Position numbers and translations under genes: made by a program
Notes under the pieces: model-generated
The model's input: the letters and a program-made list of their open reading frames with translations, nothing else
The model's database searches: none
Told to the model about the DNA's origin: nothing
Part shown: positions 10,340 to 20,229 of the stretch, in pieces
Position numbering within the stretch: position 1 is the first letter of the stretch
Layout of the letters: each line of letters opens with the position of its first letter
Source: Pyrodictiaceae archaeon
Lineage (GTDB): Archaea; Thermoproteota; Thermoprotei_A; Sulfolobales; Pyrodictiaceae
Assembly (NCBI GenBank): GCA_027036135.1
Contig: JALVSY010000030.1
Coordinates: forward strand, 224,001-288,000
DNA: 64,000 nucleotides
Direction: 5' to 3'

Positions 10340-10363
10340 GGCACATAGAGGAGGTCTGCGAAA

Positions 10364-11221
10364 ATGGGGGATTCTGAACCCAGGTCTATAGAACTGTTGA
10401 GAGAATTTAGCGAACTAATACCTCAATTCAGAGAATTCGTTGAAAATATTGTTACTAATGTATTGAGTATGTCTTACCAGGAGGGTGTGGTCTATATGAG
10501 TATTGCTGGTCTCAGCGATATCACGCAGAGCAATGTTATTAGTGTGCTTAAAGCGAAGCTTGGAATCGATGAAGGAAGAGCTAGATATATTCTCCGAAGG
10601 CTTGCAGAGTATGGTCTTATTGATAGAAAGGAGATAAAAGGTAAACAAGGCCGTACTTATCTCTTATCTGCGCCTAGTTGGCGTCTAAGACTTGTTCTAG
10701 CGCTAGTGTGCTCCCCGAGCTTAATATCGATCACCTTGCTTCCCCTATGCGAAGAACTAGTAATGCTTGGCACGGATGAGCAATGGGAGAACGGCTTACC
10801 AAAAATACGCCACCTCTACTTACAATACATCAAGCTTGTCCTCAATAACCTATCTGCGCAGAGACAAGGTGACGTAGATAATAGGGCCAGGAAAAAACGT
10901 TCCACGTCATTCTCTTCTATAAGAATGCCAGGCCTCCTCGCTGTAGCTCAATATATAGACTTTGTCACGGCCTTACTAGCGGCCAAGATTCTTATTCCGG
11001 GTAACCAGTTCAGCAGCCTAGTAAATGAGCTAAGAAGATATAACGAGAACGACGTTGCAGACCTATTTAACTATGCTCGTGAGTCTAAATCCCTAGCCAA
11101 GTTCATTGAAGGACACGAGGATCCGTGCAAGCTCTTACTAGCCATAAAATCATCAATCACCTTGTCGCCAAGTCACATGCTCCTAGTACGAAAACTCCTC
11201 AAGAAGCAAACAGTAAATTAA
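10364..11221 (+). CDS. wHTH transcriptional regulator-like protein
   Basis: KLGIDEGRARYILRRLAEYGLIDRK..GRTY wHTH pattern. Confidence 0.6.
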   Translation: MGDSEPRSIELLREFSELIPQFREFVENIVTNVLSMSYQEGVVYMSIAGLSDITQSNVISVLKAKLGIDEGRARYILRRLAEYGLIDRKEIKGKQGRTYLLSAPSWRLRLVLALVCSPSLISITLLPLCEELVMLGTDEQWENGLPKIRHLYLQYIKLVLNNLSAQRQGDVDNRARKKRSTSFSSIRMPGLLAVAQYIDFVTALLAAKILIPGNQFSSLVNELRRYNENDVADLFNYARESKSLAKFIEGHEDPCKLLLAIKSSITLSPSHMLLVRKLLKKQTVN

Positions 11222-12476
11222 AGATATGCAAAATATATTTTTGATATTTTTCGTCTGTTTCTCCTAATAGGTCGCTGTATCTTCTCTCGCTTACCCTGAG
11301 TTCTCCGAAGCGGCTCTGGGCGAAGGCTGCTGCTTCGTAGCCCATTGTCTTCCTCATAAGCTGCCACGCTATCTTCCTGAGGTACTTCGGCCTTATTAGG
11401 CCGTGTCTTTTAGCGTACCTCGTGACTAGCTCGCGTCTGAGCTGCTTGCTTAGGAGCTCCGTCTCTCTTAGTAGCTCTAGTGTCTCCTTTGCGAGGTATA
11501 GCCATTCGCAGGGCTTGTTCCCCTCTCTCAGGCCTAGGTAGTAGCGGCAGAACCCCTGCTCGGGGCAGACTAGCCTAGGGGTGAACCCGTAGCCAGGGAT
11601 CTCTACCTGCTCCTCTGGCCGCCACACAGCTAGCATCCTGAGAGCATGCTCCAGCCTTGCACCACTCTCTAGCATTAGGCGGTAGAGCGCGTAGTAGCCC
11701 CGGTGGTTCTGTCTTAGATGTTCAAGGGTCTTCCTCAGCTCTTCTAGGTTGATGGGGTAGACTCTTATGTCTAGCTTGTAGCTCCTAGAGGGCACTACTT
11801 CTAGTATCCATGCCATTGTTTCTCCGCTTATCCTTCTCTTGTGGTATAGGTAGCGAATGTAGTGCCTAAACACATTGCGTAGCCAGCCGTTTTTGTGTCT
11901 AGCGATTTGCTCTACTAGTTCCTCGCTGAGCTCCTTGCCTTCTAGCTCGCGTTTGAAGAGGTTGCGGTACTTCCTTAGCTGCTCCTCTGTCAATACCTTT
12001 CTGCGCTTCTTCCTCTCCCGCAGGTAGTGCTCGAAGTCCTCGCTCCACTCTAGCTTGACGCCCGCTAGGGATAGGCCGAGCATCTTCTTGAGGTCCTCTC
12101 TGAACTCCTGGGCAACGAAGCGGAGAATAGCGTTCTTCAAGTACTCATCGTTCTTAGCGAGCGCCAAGACCTCTAAGGCCAACCCGTAGTCTATGCCGCC
12201 GTCCTCGCCTAGTATGCCCAGAGCCCTAAGCCTATCAGAGGCAGCAACCAGGCTCTCGAACTCACTCCTAGAGACAAGCCCAGAGGAGAAGAGTCTGAGG
12301 AAGCGCTCGTCTGGTACCTCTAGCCTCTTGTTCAGGTAGCGGTTGAGAGTATACCTACTAACACCCAGGGCCTCGAGGACACGCCTCTGCCCATACTTCT
12401 CTACAGCATAGCGCAGAACCCTGAGCTTGGTCCCAGGGTCTAGCCTAGAGGGGTCTAGCTGAGAGTACCAACCCAC
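11199..12476 (-). CDS. int: tyrosine recombinase/integrase with N-terminal HTH
   Basis: SGARLEH (R), PKYLRK and SERRY (Y) motifs; HTH LGVSRYTLNRYL. Probable GTG start at 12476; the frame stays open to 12623 inside the tRNA. Confidence 0.9.
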   Translation of the reverse strand: MGWYSQLDPSRLDPGTKLRVLRYAVEKYGQRRVLEALGVSRYTLNRYLNKRLEVPDERFLRLFSSGLVSRSEFESLVAASDRLRALGILGEDGGIDYGLALEVLALAKNDEYLKNAILRFVAQEFREDLKKMLGLSLAGVKLEWSEDFEHYLRERKKRRKVLTEEQLRKYRNLFKRELEGKELSEELVEQIARHKNGWLRNVFRHYIRYLYHKRRISGETMAWILEVVPSRSYKLDIRVYPINLEELRKTLEHLRQNHRGYYALYRLMLESGARLEHALRMLAVWRPEEQVEIPGYGFTPRLVCPEQGFCRYYLGLREGNKPCEWLYLAKETLELLRETELLSKQLRRELVTRYAKRHGLIRPKYLRKIAWQLMRKTMGYEAAAFAQSRFGELRVSERRYSDLLGETDEKYQKYILHIFNLLFAS

Positions 12477-12590
12477 GCCCAGGAACCCGTGATAAGCGGG
12501 ATGGATTCTCATACTTATGTTGCACGGCTGAGACATGAACCATGCAACGTAGAGTTGCACGAGGAGTTGATAGGAGAGGCGTTGAGGATT

Positions 12591-12668
12591 TGGCGCCGCG
12601 GCCGGGATTTGAACCCGGGTCACGGGCTTGACAGGCCCGCATACTAGGCCAGGCTATACTACCGCGGC
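12591..12668 (-). tRNA. tRNA-Asp(GTC)
   Basis: Cloverleaf GCCGCGG...CCTGTCAAG...GGTTCAAATCC...CCGCGGC-G-CCA. Confidence 0.97.
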
Positions 12669-12825
12669 ACCATGTAGAAGCGTCTCTCCTCCCAAACCGG
12701 GTTAAATAGTTAACGTGGATGAAGTTCTCCGATAGGGCTTCTTCCCGGTCTTCTTATTGTTCTATTCCTGGTGACCCTAAGCTATAAATGCGGCTATAAA
12801 GTGTTGAGTTTGCGCGGGGATTAGG

Positions 12826-13236
12826 ATGAGCGTCAACTATGCAACTCTCGGAGAGCTACGTGTTGGTAGCTACATAGTTATTGATGGGGAGCCCTGCAGA
12901 ATAGTTGAGATGAGCAAGGCGAAGACAGGCAAGCATGGTAGCGCTAAGGCCCACGTGGTGGCTGTGTGCCTGTTCTCCGGCAACAAGAAGACAATGGTTG
13001 CGCCCGTCGATACTAGGGTAGAGGTACCCATTATCGATAAGAGGGTTGGCCAGGTAATCGCTGATCTCGGCGACATGGTCCAGATAATGGACATGGAGAC
13101 TTTCGAGACATTCGAGGTAGAGAAGCCCAAGGACGAGGACCTACGAGCTAAGCTTCAGCCCGGTGCTGAGGTTGAGTACTGGGTAGTGATGGGGAGGTAC
13201 TGGATAGCGAAGGTTAGGAGCGCGCCCAAGAGCTAA
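12826..13236 (+). CDS. eif5a: translation factor aIF5A
   Basis: KTGKHGSAK hypusine motif. Confidence 0.98.
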   Translation: MSVNYATLGELRVGSYIVIDGEPCRIVEMSKAKTGKHGSAKAHVVAVCLFSGNKKTMVAPVDTRVEVPIIDKRVGQVIADLGDMVQIMDMETFETFEVEKPKDEDLRAKLQPGAEVEYWVVMGRYWIAKVRSAPKS

Positions 13237-13378
13237 TCTCTCCCAGGAACCGTCCTATTATCGTCTTTCCTTGTTTCTGCTTTTGCTAGCGATGCTTGGT
13301 TTTCTTGTATTTACTCCTTGGTGCTTTCCTATATTAGGGTATGTGTACCTCCTCCTATCTAGGGGCTGATTTAGTGCC

Positions 13379-14728
13379 TTGCCGGGGCTTGAGGATATTC
13401 GTAAGGCTGTTAGTAAGCTTCTTCGCCGGAGTGGTCCATACGAGTCCATTGTGAAGGAGTATATACGTGATTTGCAGAAGGCATTGATAGCTGCTGATGT
13501 AAATGTTAGGCTGGTGTTTGACCTAACTAAGCGTATTAGGGAGCAGGCTCTAAAGAGTGAGCCCCCGCCTGGTGTTAGTCGTCGTGAGTGGCTTGTCAAG
13601 ATAACCTATGAGGAGTTGGCGAAGCTTTTTGGCGGCGACTATGAGCCCGAGGTTAAGCCTCCCTATACTCCCTATGTTATAATGATGGTTGGCGTCCAGG
13701 GGAGCGGTAAGACCACTACTGTCGGTAAGCTCGCGAAGTTCTACCGCGATATGGGGTACCGTGTTGGTGTTGTTGCTGCCGATACTTATCGCCCCGGTGC
13801 GTATGACCAGTTGCGACAGTTAGCGGAGAAGGCCCGGGCAATGTTCTACGGGGAGCCTGGGTCGCGCGACCCTATTGGTATTGCTAAGCGTGGTGTTGAG
13901 GAGCTTAAGCGCCGTGGAGCAGAGATAATCATTATCGATACTGCTGGTAGGCATGGCTACGGGGAGGAGGAGGCGCTGCTAGAGGAGATGAAGAACATTG
14001 CTGACGCTGTTAAGCCGGACGAAGTTGTCCTTGTGATAGACGCTGCTATGGGGCAGAAGAGCTATGATCTCGCAAAAAGATTCCATGAGGCGACCCCGAT
14101 AGGTAGCATAATTGTGACTAAGATGGATGGCACAGCCAAGGGTGGTGGAGCATTATCGGCTGTCGCGGCTACTGGTGCGAGGATAAAGTTCATCGGGACA
14201 GGCGAGGACATCGAGGAGATAGAGGTTTTTAAGCCTAGGAGGTTCGTTGCCCGGCTCCTCGGCATGGGTGATCTAGAGTCGCTCCTCGAGCGCATAGAGA
14301 GGCTTGAGAGTGCAAAGGAGTTCGAGAAGACAGTCACCGAGATGCTCTCTGGGAAGATAACGTTTAGGACTATTTATAGACAGATACAGCAGGTGAAAAA
14401 GCTTGGCCCCTTCCGCAAAGTACTCCAAATGATACCAGGTCTCTCAACGATGATAGAGTCTGTTGAGGATGCTGCTAAGCTAAGTGAGGAGAAGACGAGG
14501 AAATGGATAAACATAATGAACTCTATGACCTACGAGGAACTCGATAACCCCGAGCTCCTAGAGCAACGGTCAAGGGTGAAAAGGATAGCCATAGGAGCTG
14601 GTGTCGAGCCAAGCGATGTCAAGGAACTCTACAACTACTACAAGACTGTTAAGAGAATGATGAGGACATTGAAGAAGAGGAAGGATATCCTTGACAAGCT
14701 CGTCAAGTCTGGGAAGCTACCAACTTAG
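13379..14728 (+). CDS. srp54: signal recognition particle protein SRP54
   Basis: [14 protein letters not shown] and TKMDG motifs; M domain. Confidence 0.98.
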   Translation: MPGLEDIRKAVSKLLRRSGPYESIVKEYIRDLQKALIAADVNVRLVFDLTKRIREQALKSEPPPGVSRREWLVKITYEELAKLFGGDYEPEVKPPYTPYVIMMVGVQGSGKTTTVGKLAKFYRDMGYRVGVVAADTYRPGAYDQLRQLAEKARAMFYGEPGSRDPIGIAKRGVEELKRRGAEIIIIDTAGRHGYGEEEALLEEMKNIADAVKPDEVVLVIDAAMGQKSYDLAKRFHEATPIGSIIVTKMDGTAKGGGALSAVAATGARIKFIGTGEDIEEIEVFKPRRFVARLLGMGDLESLLERIERLESAKEFEKTVTEMLSGKITFRTIYRQIQQVKKLGPFRKVLQMIPGLSTMIESVEDAAKLSEEKTRKWINIMNSMTYEELDNPELLEQRSRVKRIAIGAGVEPSDVKELYNYYKTVKRMMRTLKKRKDILDKLVKSGKLPT

Positions 14729-15188
14729 CATATACTATATAACAACCTGTTCCACGGAGTCTCTTCTCCATGCAGCGCACACTATATCCTCGGCGCTGTT
14801 CCTCTCCAATGCTATACGCTACTGGGTTACGCTCCGTCTCATACTAAGACTGAGACACAGTGATGTCTGCACCTCGTACCTCTTGGAGATAGAGGGGAGC
14901 CGGGTAAAGTGGCTCCGACCAGGAGAGAACAACCTCCTCGGATTCCTGCGCACAGTGCTAGACGGGAGGAAGTGGCCAGGTACACGCCTTAGAGCATTAT
15001 CCTGTCAGCAAAGACCCGGGTACCCAGAGGACTGTATTAATGTCATGGAGTATGCAGTTAACCCTAGCGCTTGTCCTAGCTGCATAATAGTAGATGAGGA
15101 CGAGGTACGCGTTGGTTTAAAGCCCTGGTGGCTACTCGCATTAATAATGGTCGTGAATGATGCCAGGTGCAGACAACAATGTACTTAG
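14691..15188 (+). CDS. truncated TrmY-like (SPOUT N-terminal half) protein
   Basis: SALFLSNAIR...IEGSRVKWLRPGE resembles the TrmY N-terminus; lies directly upstream of pus10. Confidence 0.5.
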   Translation: MTSSSSLGSYQLSIYYITTCSTESLLHAAHTISSALFLSNAIRYWVTLRLILRLRHSDVCTSYLLEIEGSRVKWLRPGENNLLGFLRTVLDGRKWPGTRLRALSCQQRPGYPEDCINVMEYAVNPSACPSCIIVDEDEVRVGLKPWWLLALIMVVNDARCRQQCT

Positions 15189-16488
15189 CTCAGCTAGGGA
15201 GATAGTAGAGAAGAGTCTGAGACTGCTGAGAGAGTATCCTCTCTGCGATAGATGCCTTGGCAGAATGTTCGCACTGCTAGGGCGCGGGTGGAGCAACCAG
15301 GAGAGAGGTGATGCAATTAAGAGAGTAATCCTGATGAGCCTGCATGAGAGAATCCGCGAGGGCGATAAAGACGCCGTAGAGCTTCTCAGACAGCTTGCCC
15401 CGAACATCGGTGAACAAGCTAGGCAGCTATATAGCGAGACAATAGGTGAGGAGCTTCAACCACTAAGATGCTACATATGTGGCTCGGAACTAGAGAAGTG
15501 GATACAAGCAGCGGGGGAGAAGGCGTCAGAACTGCTGCGCAGTGTTGATGCACGCAACTTCCTCGTTGCGGCAAAGCTGGGAGACGATATACGAGTAAGG
15601 GAGGACGAGATTAAGCGCAGGTTCTCACTAATATACTCTGAGTCGATAGGCTCTGAGACCAAGCGAGAGGTAAGCAAGATAATACAAGCTAGGACTGGTC
15701 TTAAGCCAAACTTCACTAACCCTGACGTAGTCGTCGTCGTTCATATCCCAGGCGGTAGTGTTGAGCTCCAAATAATGCCTATGCTACTTAGGGGAACGTA
15801 TTGGAAGACGAGTAGGAGGATCTCGCAGTCCTACTGGGTCACTAGGCGCGGGGTAAAGAGGTACCCCATTAGCGTCGAGGAGGCCCTATTCCCTCTACTC
15901 GGGCTCTACCACGCAGAAGATATAGTGCTACATGCCTCTGGCCGAGAAGACGCAGATGCCCGCATGCTTGGCTCTGGCCGCTCATTCATAGTCGAGCTAA
16001 AGAAGCCTAAGAAAAGAAGAATAGGCCTAGCCGAGGCAGAGCGAGTAATAAACGAGCATAGCAAGGGATTGGTTCGCGCCAGGTTCCTAGAAGAGGCTTC
16101 TCGCCGCGACGTTGTTGAGCTAAAATCGGAGCACCAGAAAAGATCCAAGGTGTACAAGGCATTAGTTGTTGTTGAGCGAGAAGTAAGCGACAACGAGCTA
16201 AGAGCGCTCGAGGAATTCTTTACTAATAGGGAGATAAGGCAGAGAACACCGCGCCGTGTTCGACACAGAAGACCCGATATTGTTCGCGAGCGAATAGTAT
16301 TCGGAGTAAAGACTCGAAAGATAGCCGATAACGTTTTCGAGGCACTTATCCGGGCCGAGGGAGGCTTATACATAAAGGAACTCGTGAGCGGCGACGAAGG
16401 CGATACTTCGCCGAGCTTCTCAGAGATTCTTGGGGCGAGAGCTATCTGTGCCGAGCTAGACGTAGTAGAGGTAAGCACTAGTAGGTGA
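15157..16488 (+). CDS. pus10: tRNA pseudouridine 54/55 synthase Pus10
   Basis: LCDRCLGR, HASGREDADARMLGSGR, QRTP and GGLYIKEL motifs. Confidence 0.97.
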   Translation: MMPGADNNVLSSAREIVEKSLRLLREYPLCDRCLGRMFALLGRGWSNQERGDAIKRVILMSLHERIREGDKDAVELLRQLAPNIGEQARQLYSETIGEELQPLRCYICGSELEKWIQAAGEKASELLRSVDARNFLVAAKLGDDIRVREDEIKRRFSLIYSESIGSETKREVSKIIQARTGLKPNFTNPDVVVVVHIPGGSVELQIMPMLLRGTYWKTSRRISQSYWVTRRGVKRYPISVEEALFPLLGLYHAEDIVLHASGREDADARMLGSGRSFIVELKKPKKRRIGLAEAERVINEHSKGLVRARFLEEASRRDVVELKSEHQKRSKVYKALVVVEREVSDNELRALEEFFTNREIRQRTPRRVRHRRPDIVRERIVFGVKTRKIADNVFEALIRAEGGLYIKELVSGDEGDTSPSFSEILGARAICAELDVVEVSTSR

Positions 16489-16538
16489 AAGGAGTATAGT
16501 AGTAATCAAGAATATAACGTACCGCTACTAGGTAGTGC

Positions 16539-16877
16539 GTGCGGGGACTCGAAGTGAAGCCATCAAAGGGGTTCAGGCATAGGACTAGAAAGGTATTCAA
16601 GAAACACATACGCGAGAGGGGAGCGGTTCCGCCACTAAGCCTACTAATGCACGAGTACAAACCCGGTGACAAGGTCTACATAATAGTTAACCCAGCAATA
16701 ATGAAGGGAATGCCGCATAGAAGATATCATGGAAAAGTAGGAGTAGTAGTGAGTAAGCGTGGCAAGGCATACATAGTCCAGGTAAAGGTCGGGAGCAAGA
16801 TAAAGACCTTGTTCATTAGGCCAGAGCATCTACGCCCGGTACCGCCGGAGGCATTAACGCCTCCTAAGACCGAGTAA
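16539..16877 (+). CDS. rpl21e: 50S ribosomal protein L21e
   Basis: GMPHRRYHGKVG, RPEHL. Confidence 0.97.
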   Translation: MRGLEVKPSKGFRHRTRKVFKKHIRERGAVPPLSLLMHEYKPGDKVYIIVNPAIMKGMPHRRYHGKVGVVVSKRGKAYIVQVKVGSKIKTLFIRPEHLRPVPPEALTPPKTE

Positions 16878-16964
16878 TAGGCGGGCAAAAGATACATATA
16901 ACAGGTATTTTATGCAATAAATTGTTATAATGACTATGACTTATTTACGACTGGTGACAAGGAA

Positions 16965-17309
16965 ATGGTTGAGATACTATCATCTAGTTACGTGCCCAAC
17001 CCTGTTGCAAAGAAGATACTAGAGTCTGCTAAGAAGCTAATAGAGCAAAACCCCATAGTCGCTAGAACATATGAGTACGTATCCAAGTTCTCTAAATGCA
17101 GTCCCGAGAACGCGGAGAAGGCAGTAGAAGAGCTTAAGGCAGTTGGTTTTAGCGACTTTGCTGCAACAATGCTTGTAAACCTAGCACCAAGTGAGCTAGA
17201 GGAAACCAAGGCTCTGCTCGGCGATATAGATGGAGGCTACGAGGACGATGTAGTAGAAAAAGGACTAGAAATTCTTAAAAAGTATTGTACAAGTAGCCGG
17301 GAAGAGTAA
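16965..17309 (+). CDS. rpoF: RNA polymerase subunit Rpo4 (RpoF)
   Basis: YVSKFSK..P...LVNLAP pattern; conserved position after L21e. Confidence 0.85.
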   Translation: MVEILSSSYVPNPVAKKILESAKKLIEQNPIVARTYEYVSKFSKCSPENAEKAVEELKAVGFSDFAATMLVNLAPSELEETKALLGDIDGGYEDDVVEKGLEILKKYCTSSREE

Positions 17310-17410
17310 TTCTCCGCGTTTCTAGTTACCCAGGATTAGTCTTTAGCTAGGCCTATTCTTCGTAGTACGGGTTAGCTTAAATCCCTTTATATTGTGACTA
17401 AGAGGATTGG

Positions 17411-18139
17411 GTGCTGTTAACTTTGTCATCTCAGCGGCATTTCGCGCAGCGGCGCCATAGGCCGCGGAAGCCTCACGAGGAGTACGCTTACGTATTAGAC
17501 TATCTGCCTATGGGTAACCCGGCTGATAAGCATCCAAAACATCGTACTAAGCCTGTTGTACAGCTGATTGGTGAGGACTATTTCCTCTTATTGGAGGCTT
17601 CTCCGCGTCATGGGGCGTCTCTCGAGATAGGGGAACGTGTATATGTTGGCCCCATAGCGGAGAAAAGATTAAAGATATTTAGAGTGGAAGCAGAAATAGA
17701 ATATGATGACTTGACCTCATTCGCTAAGAGCATGCTACCGAGCATTGTTGAAGAGATAGTGCGTCGGAAGGAAAGAGTGTTTGTCGAGTTCTTTAACATA
17801 GCGGGTCCAATAACTCTAAGGTTTCATAGCCTCGAGCTGCTCCCAGGTGTTGGTAAGAAGACAGTCGCGAAGATAATTGAGGCGAGGGAGCGTGAACCGT
17901 TTAGAAGCTTCGAGGATATACAGGAACGTGTACACATAGACCCAGTCAAGGTTATTGCCGAGAGAATAGTGGAGGAGATAAAAGGCGGACAAAAGTACTA
18001 TCTCTTTGTGAGGCCTCCTAGGCGTGAACGCGAAAACGTTGTTCCGCCGTTGTTCCTTAACTATCTTGGCCAGGTATATGAGAGGCTAGGAAAGCAGAGA
18101 GGAGAGGAAAAAGAGGTCTATGGAGAGAATAAGGCCTAG
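17411..18139 (+). CDS. DUF655 RNA-binding protein
   Basis: EEYAYVLDYLP, FFN.AGPIT.R.HSLELLPGVGKK. Confidence 0.92.
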   Translation: MLLTLSSQRHFAQRRHRPRKPHEEYAYVLDYLPMGNPADKHPKHRTKPVVQLIGEDYFLLLEASPRHGASLEIGERVYVGPIAEKRLKIFRVEAEIEYDDLTSFAKSMLPSIVEEIVRRKERVFVEFFNIAGPITLRFHSLELLPGVGKKTVAKIIEAREREPFRSFEDIQERVHIDPVKVIAERIVEEIKGGQKYYLFVRPPRRERENVVPPLFLNYLGQVYERLGKQRGEEKEVYGENKA

Positions 18140-18890
18140 TAAGAGGCTTGGCCAACACTTCCTTGTATCGCGTAAAGTAGCGCGAGTATTTTCCTCATGG
18201 GCTTGTAGGTATAGGAGATTATTCGAGATAGGGCCTGGCACGGGCTTCATAACATCCCAGGTTCTCCGTGATTGCAAGGAGTTAGAGCTTCTAGCAGCTA
18301 TAGAGCTGGACAAGCGACTATCAAGTCACCTTGCAGCGTTGTCGTTAATGGATTGGAGACTACAACCCATACTTAGTGATGCCTTATTGCCGCCTTTGGT
18401 GCTGAGGAGATTCGATGCAGGATACGGCAGTATTCCATACAACATAACTGGGCCATTACTATCACTACTTGTTAAGTTTTTCCAAAAACCAGTCCTGCTC
18501 CTAGTACAGAAAGAGGTTGCTGATAGACTGCTAGCTAAACCCGGTACAAAGAACTATGGAAGAGTAACAATCCTCGTCAATCTCGTCTACGAGGTTAAGA
18601 AGATAATGACTGTTCCTCCCACAGCCTTTAGACCTAGGCCAAAGGTTTATTCACAAATAATCGAATTAGTACCAAGGAGACACATTAATCAAGACATTAT
18701 AGAGCTTGTTGAGGAACTTACTAGGTGCTTTTTCTCCCAGAGAAGGAAGCTGGCAAGGAAGGCTGGGCGTGAGTGCCTAGGAGGCTGTGCCGAGAAATAC
18801 ATCGAGGACACGATAAGAGTCTATGAACTTGGGCCAGGCTTCTTCTTAGAGGTAGCTCGGAGATGTGCCAGGAAGCCGAGAAACCAATAA
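18120..18890 (+). CDS. ksgA: 16S rRNA dimethyladenosine transferase
   Basis: LGQHFL, EIGPGTG, SIPYNI and QKEVA motifs. Confidence 0.95.
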   Translation: MERIRPSKRLGQHFLVSRKVARVFSSWACRYRRLFEIGPGTGFITSQVLRDCKELELLAAIELDKRLSSHLAALSLMDWRLQPILSDALLPPLVLRRFDAGYGSIPYNITGPLLSLLVKFFQKPVLLLVQKEVADRLLAKPGTKNYGRVTILVNLVYEVKKIMTVPPTAFRPRPKVYSQIIELVPRRHINQDIIELVEELTRCFFSQRRKLARKAGRECLGGCAEKYIEDTIRVYELGPGFFLEVARRCARKPRNQ

Positions 18891-19531
18891 AACTAATGTA
18901 TGTTTGTCGCCCAGTGCCTATACGTACATATACTGTGGGCGGCTTATCCCTACAAGTATGTGAAAACGTCTATGAACCCTCAGATGACAGTTTCTTAGCA
19001 CTAGAGGCAGTATCTGGTATAGGCTCTCGAAGACCGAGTGCTAAGATATGCATAGATATAGGGACGGGAACCGGTATCCTAGGCTTGTACTGTACAGAGA
19101 GAATGGATACTCTATACGCGTTACTTATAGATATTAATCCATGTGCCCTCTACTGTGCTAAGAATAACGCGTTGCTGAATAAATTGATAGTACGAACCGA
19201 TTTAGTGCAATGTGATAACCTTAGCTGTTTACGAAGACCAATACGCAGAAGCATAATCGTTTACAATACTCCGTACCTCCCTGTTGAGGAACGAGATCTG
19301 CTAGGGTTAGCCTGGAGCGGGGGTCTCAGAGAGGCTCAACGCCTAGTAAGCCAAGTAGTTGATGCAGATCCGAATGATCTATGTGTTGTACTAGTCTATT
19401 CGTCCTTGAGTGGAGATGACTCAGCAGTATTATCGAGGCTTAAGTCAAGCGGTTTCAATATATCCGTGAAGAAGGTTCACTTTTTCTTCGAGGACATAAA
19501 GGCGGTGATTGCATGCAAGGAACAAGGATAA
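18863..19531 (+). CDS. HemK2/MTQ2-like protein methyltransferase
   Basis: VYEPSDDS, DIGTGTG and NTPYLP motifs. Confidence 0.9.
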   Translation: MCQEAEKPIKLMYVCRPVPIRTYTVGGLSLQVCENVYEPSDDSFLALEAVSGIGSRRPSAKICIDIGTGTGILGLYCTERMDTLYALLIDINPCALYCAKNNALLNKLIVRTDLVQCDNLSCLRRPIRRSIIVYNTPYLPVEERDLLGLAWSGGLREAQRLVSQVVDADPNDLCVVLVYSSLSGDDSAVLSRLKSSGFNISVKKVHFFFEDIKAVIACKEQG

Positions 19532-20229
19532 GGCTCATTATAGTCGGTATTGAGGGCGAGATTAATCTCGGGTTTATAGCAAGGCTGGCAGCGAATTTCC
19601 GTGTAGACGAATTCTACCTAGTATCGCCTAGGGCCTTGCCGAGTAGCCCAGAAGCGAGACGATTCGCGGCTAATGGTGCATACATGTTAGATAAGGCGAT
19701 AATAGTTAATGAGCTTGATGAAGCCATAAAAGGTATTGGTTTATCCGCGTGTACAAGTGCTAAGATAGGTCAAAAAGGCGATGTTGTCCGTCATGCTGTC
19801 TCAGCGCGTGAATTTGCTGAGCAAATAGCTCCGCGTTATAGTAGCATAGGTCTAGTCTTTGGACGAGAGAGCGTGGGTCTTACACGCGAGGAGTTGGCTA
19901 AGTGTGACCTATTAGTACATATTCCCGCGAACCCTGACTACCCCGTACTTAACCTTAGTCATGCTGTTGGAATAATACTCTATGAGCTTTGGCAGAGTCT
20001 TAATAAGCCGCAGCTATATGAAAAAGCGCCAGAGAAGCAGCTTCGCTACATATATGAAAAGCTTGAGCCAGTGATAGACTCTCTAGTAGATAAAGAAAGA
20101 GTATCTCAGGTTAAGGCCGCACTAAAGCATCTATTATGGAAATCCGGGATAACACCAGGCGAGGCATCTTTGCTCTATTACCTAGCTAAAAAGCTTAAAC
20201 GAGTTATAGAGGAGTGTGAAAAACAATGA
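19513..20229 (+). CDS. trmJ: tRNA C32 2'-O-methyltransferase (TrmJ/LasT SPOUT)
   Basis: NLGFIAR, FGRESVGL and YPVLNLSHAV motifs. Confidence 0.92.
   Translation: MQGTRIRLIIVGIEGEINLGFIARLAANFRVDEFYLVSPRALPSSPEARRFAANGAYMLDKAIIVNELDEAIKGIGLSACTSAKIGQKGDVVRHAVSAREFAEQIAPRYSSIGLVFGRESVGLTREELAKCDLLVHIPANPDYPVLNLSHAVGIILYELWQSLNKPQLYEKAPEKQLRYIYEKLEPVIDSLVDKERVSQVKAALKHLLWKSGITPGEASLLYYLAKKLKRVIEECEKQ

Larger units (their letters stand above)
4365..12636. mobile_element. Integrated plasmid/provirus-like element at tRNA-Asp
   Basis: Terminal 46-bp direct repeats; tyrosine integrase next to the tRNA; replication module (primase, helicase-like protein); Cas4. Confidence 0.95.
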
